From contig JAFMAB010000003.1 in the NCBI GenBank assembly GCA_029785215.1, positions 9,430 through 73,429 of the forward strand: a stretch of DNA of 64,000 bases, in the 5' to 3' direction. How positions within the stretch are numbered: position 1 is the first letter of the stretch; every line of letters starts with the position of its first letter. The translations under genes were made by a program, and so were the position numbers. The stretch comes from Nitrososphaerota archaeon. GTDB lineage: Archaea > Thermoproteota > Nitrososphaeria > Nitrososphaerales > Gagatemarchaeaceae. Positions 63,790 to 64,000 of the stretch are shown here, in pieces. Below the pieces are notes generated by a model. It was given only the letters and a program-made list of their open reading frames with translations, was not told the origin of the DNA and searched no databases.

Positions 63790-64000
63790 ATGAAGCTAGA
63801 GATAAAGGAGCTCCATGCTTCAGTCGAAGGCAAGGAGATACTCAAGGGAGTCAACCTCTCCGTCGGCCAGGGGGAGACCCACGCGCTGATGGGCCCCAAC
63901 GGCTCCGGTAAGAGCACCCTCGCCTACACCGTCATGGGGCACCCCAAGTACCAGGTGACCTCGGGTGAGATATTGATAGACGGGGAGAGTGTGGTGGGCC
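63790..64000 (+). CDS. sufC: Fe-S cluster assembly ATPase SufC, N-terminal part (runs off the window)
   Basis: [44 protein letters not shown] Walker A context. Confidence 0.85.
   Translation, partial: MKLEIKELHASVEGKEILKGVNLSVGQGETHALMGPNGSGKSTLAYTVMGHPKYQVTSGEILIDGESVVG

Noticed and set aside
1-64000. CRISPR arrays, rRNA genes, integrases or obvious defence operons (restriction-modification, Cas, Argonaute, toxin-antitoxin with known toxins).
   Set aside because: Reading through the window, I saw no regularly spaced direct repeats and no rRNA-like segments. No ORF carries Cas, integrase or known defence motifs. The only mobile signature is the decayed transposase at 43602-44222.

Overview
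GC-rich (about 60% by eye), densely packed archaeal chromosome segment. It is mostly housekeeping, with short A/T-rich TATA-like boxes about 25-35 nt upstream of many start codons and frequent ATGA/GTGA overlaps between adjacent genes.

Recognisable content:
- **Replication and repair:** RFC small subunit (partial), FEN-1, a RecJ-like DHH protein, an Hjc-like nuclease.
- **Translation:** HisRS, SerRS, S15, S3Ae, L15e, aEF-1beta, Pth2, TruD, diphthine synthase, and the KEOPS subunits Kae1, Bud32 and Pcc1.
- **RNA processing and repair:** archease-RtcB, RtcA, aCPSF1, an Sm protein, RNase P Pop5, a DUF54 protein.
- **Protein quality control:** two proteasome beta paralogs, a PAC2 chaperone, thermosome, FKBP.
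- **Lipid and isoprenoid genes:** G1P dehydrogenase, geranylgeranyl reductase, an MVD-family GHMP kinase.
- **Acyl-CoA metabolism:** an 8-kb cluster of beta-oxidation or 4-hydroxybutyrate type.
- **Other:** a threonine-degradation pair (TDH and KBL), transport genes (SSS symporter, aquaporin) and the start of sufC.
- **RNA gene:** one tRNA-Lys(CUU) carrying two introns.

Lineage is only an inference. SepF, a Zn-ferredoxin and an MVD-like kinase suggest a Thermoplasmatota-like or deep-branching archaeon, while a two-intron tRNA is more typical of TACK-type lineages.

No CRISPR array, rRNA or obvious defence island was seen.

Most worth following up:
1. A 694-bp ORF-free, hairpin-dense spacer (14169-14862). 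It may encode an unassigned structured RNA.
2. A translationally coupled DUF371 / MVD-like kinase / 70-aa ORF operon. The canonical decarboxylase Asp appears to be replaced in the kinase.
3. A decayed IS remnant carrying a visibly AT-richer tail-anchored passenger ORF.
4. A SAM-methyltransferase / RHH / 48-aa mini-operon.
5. Three split genes that are each repaired by adding one G to a G-run. This argues for homopolymer sequencing error, which must be excluded before any pseudogene or recoding claim.

All function calls come from motif recognition by eye. No database search was run.
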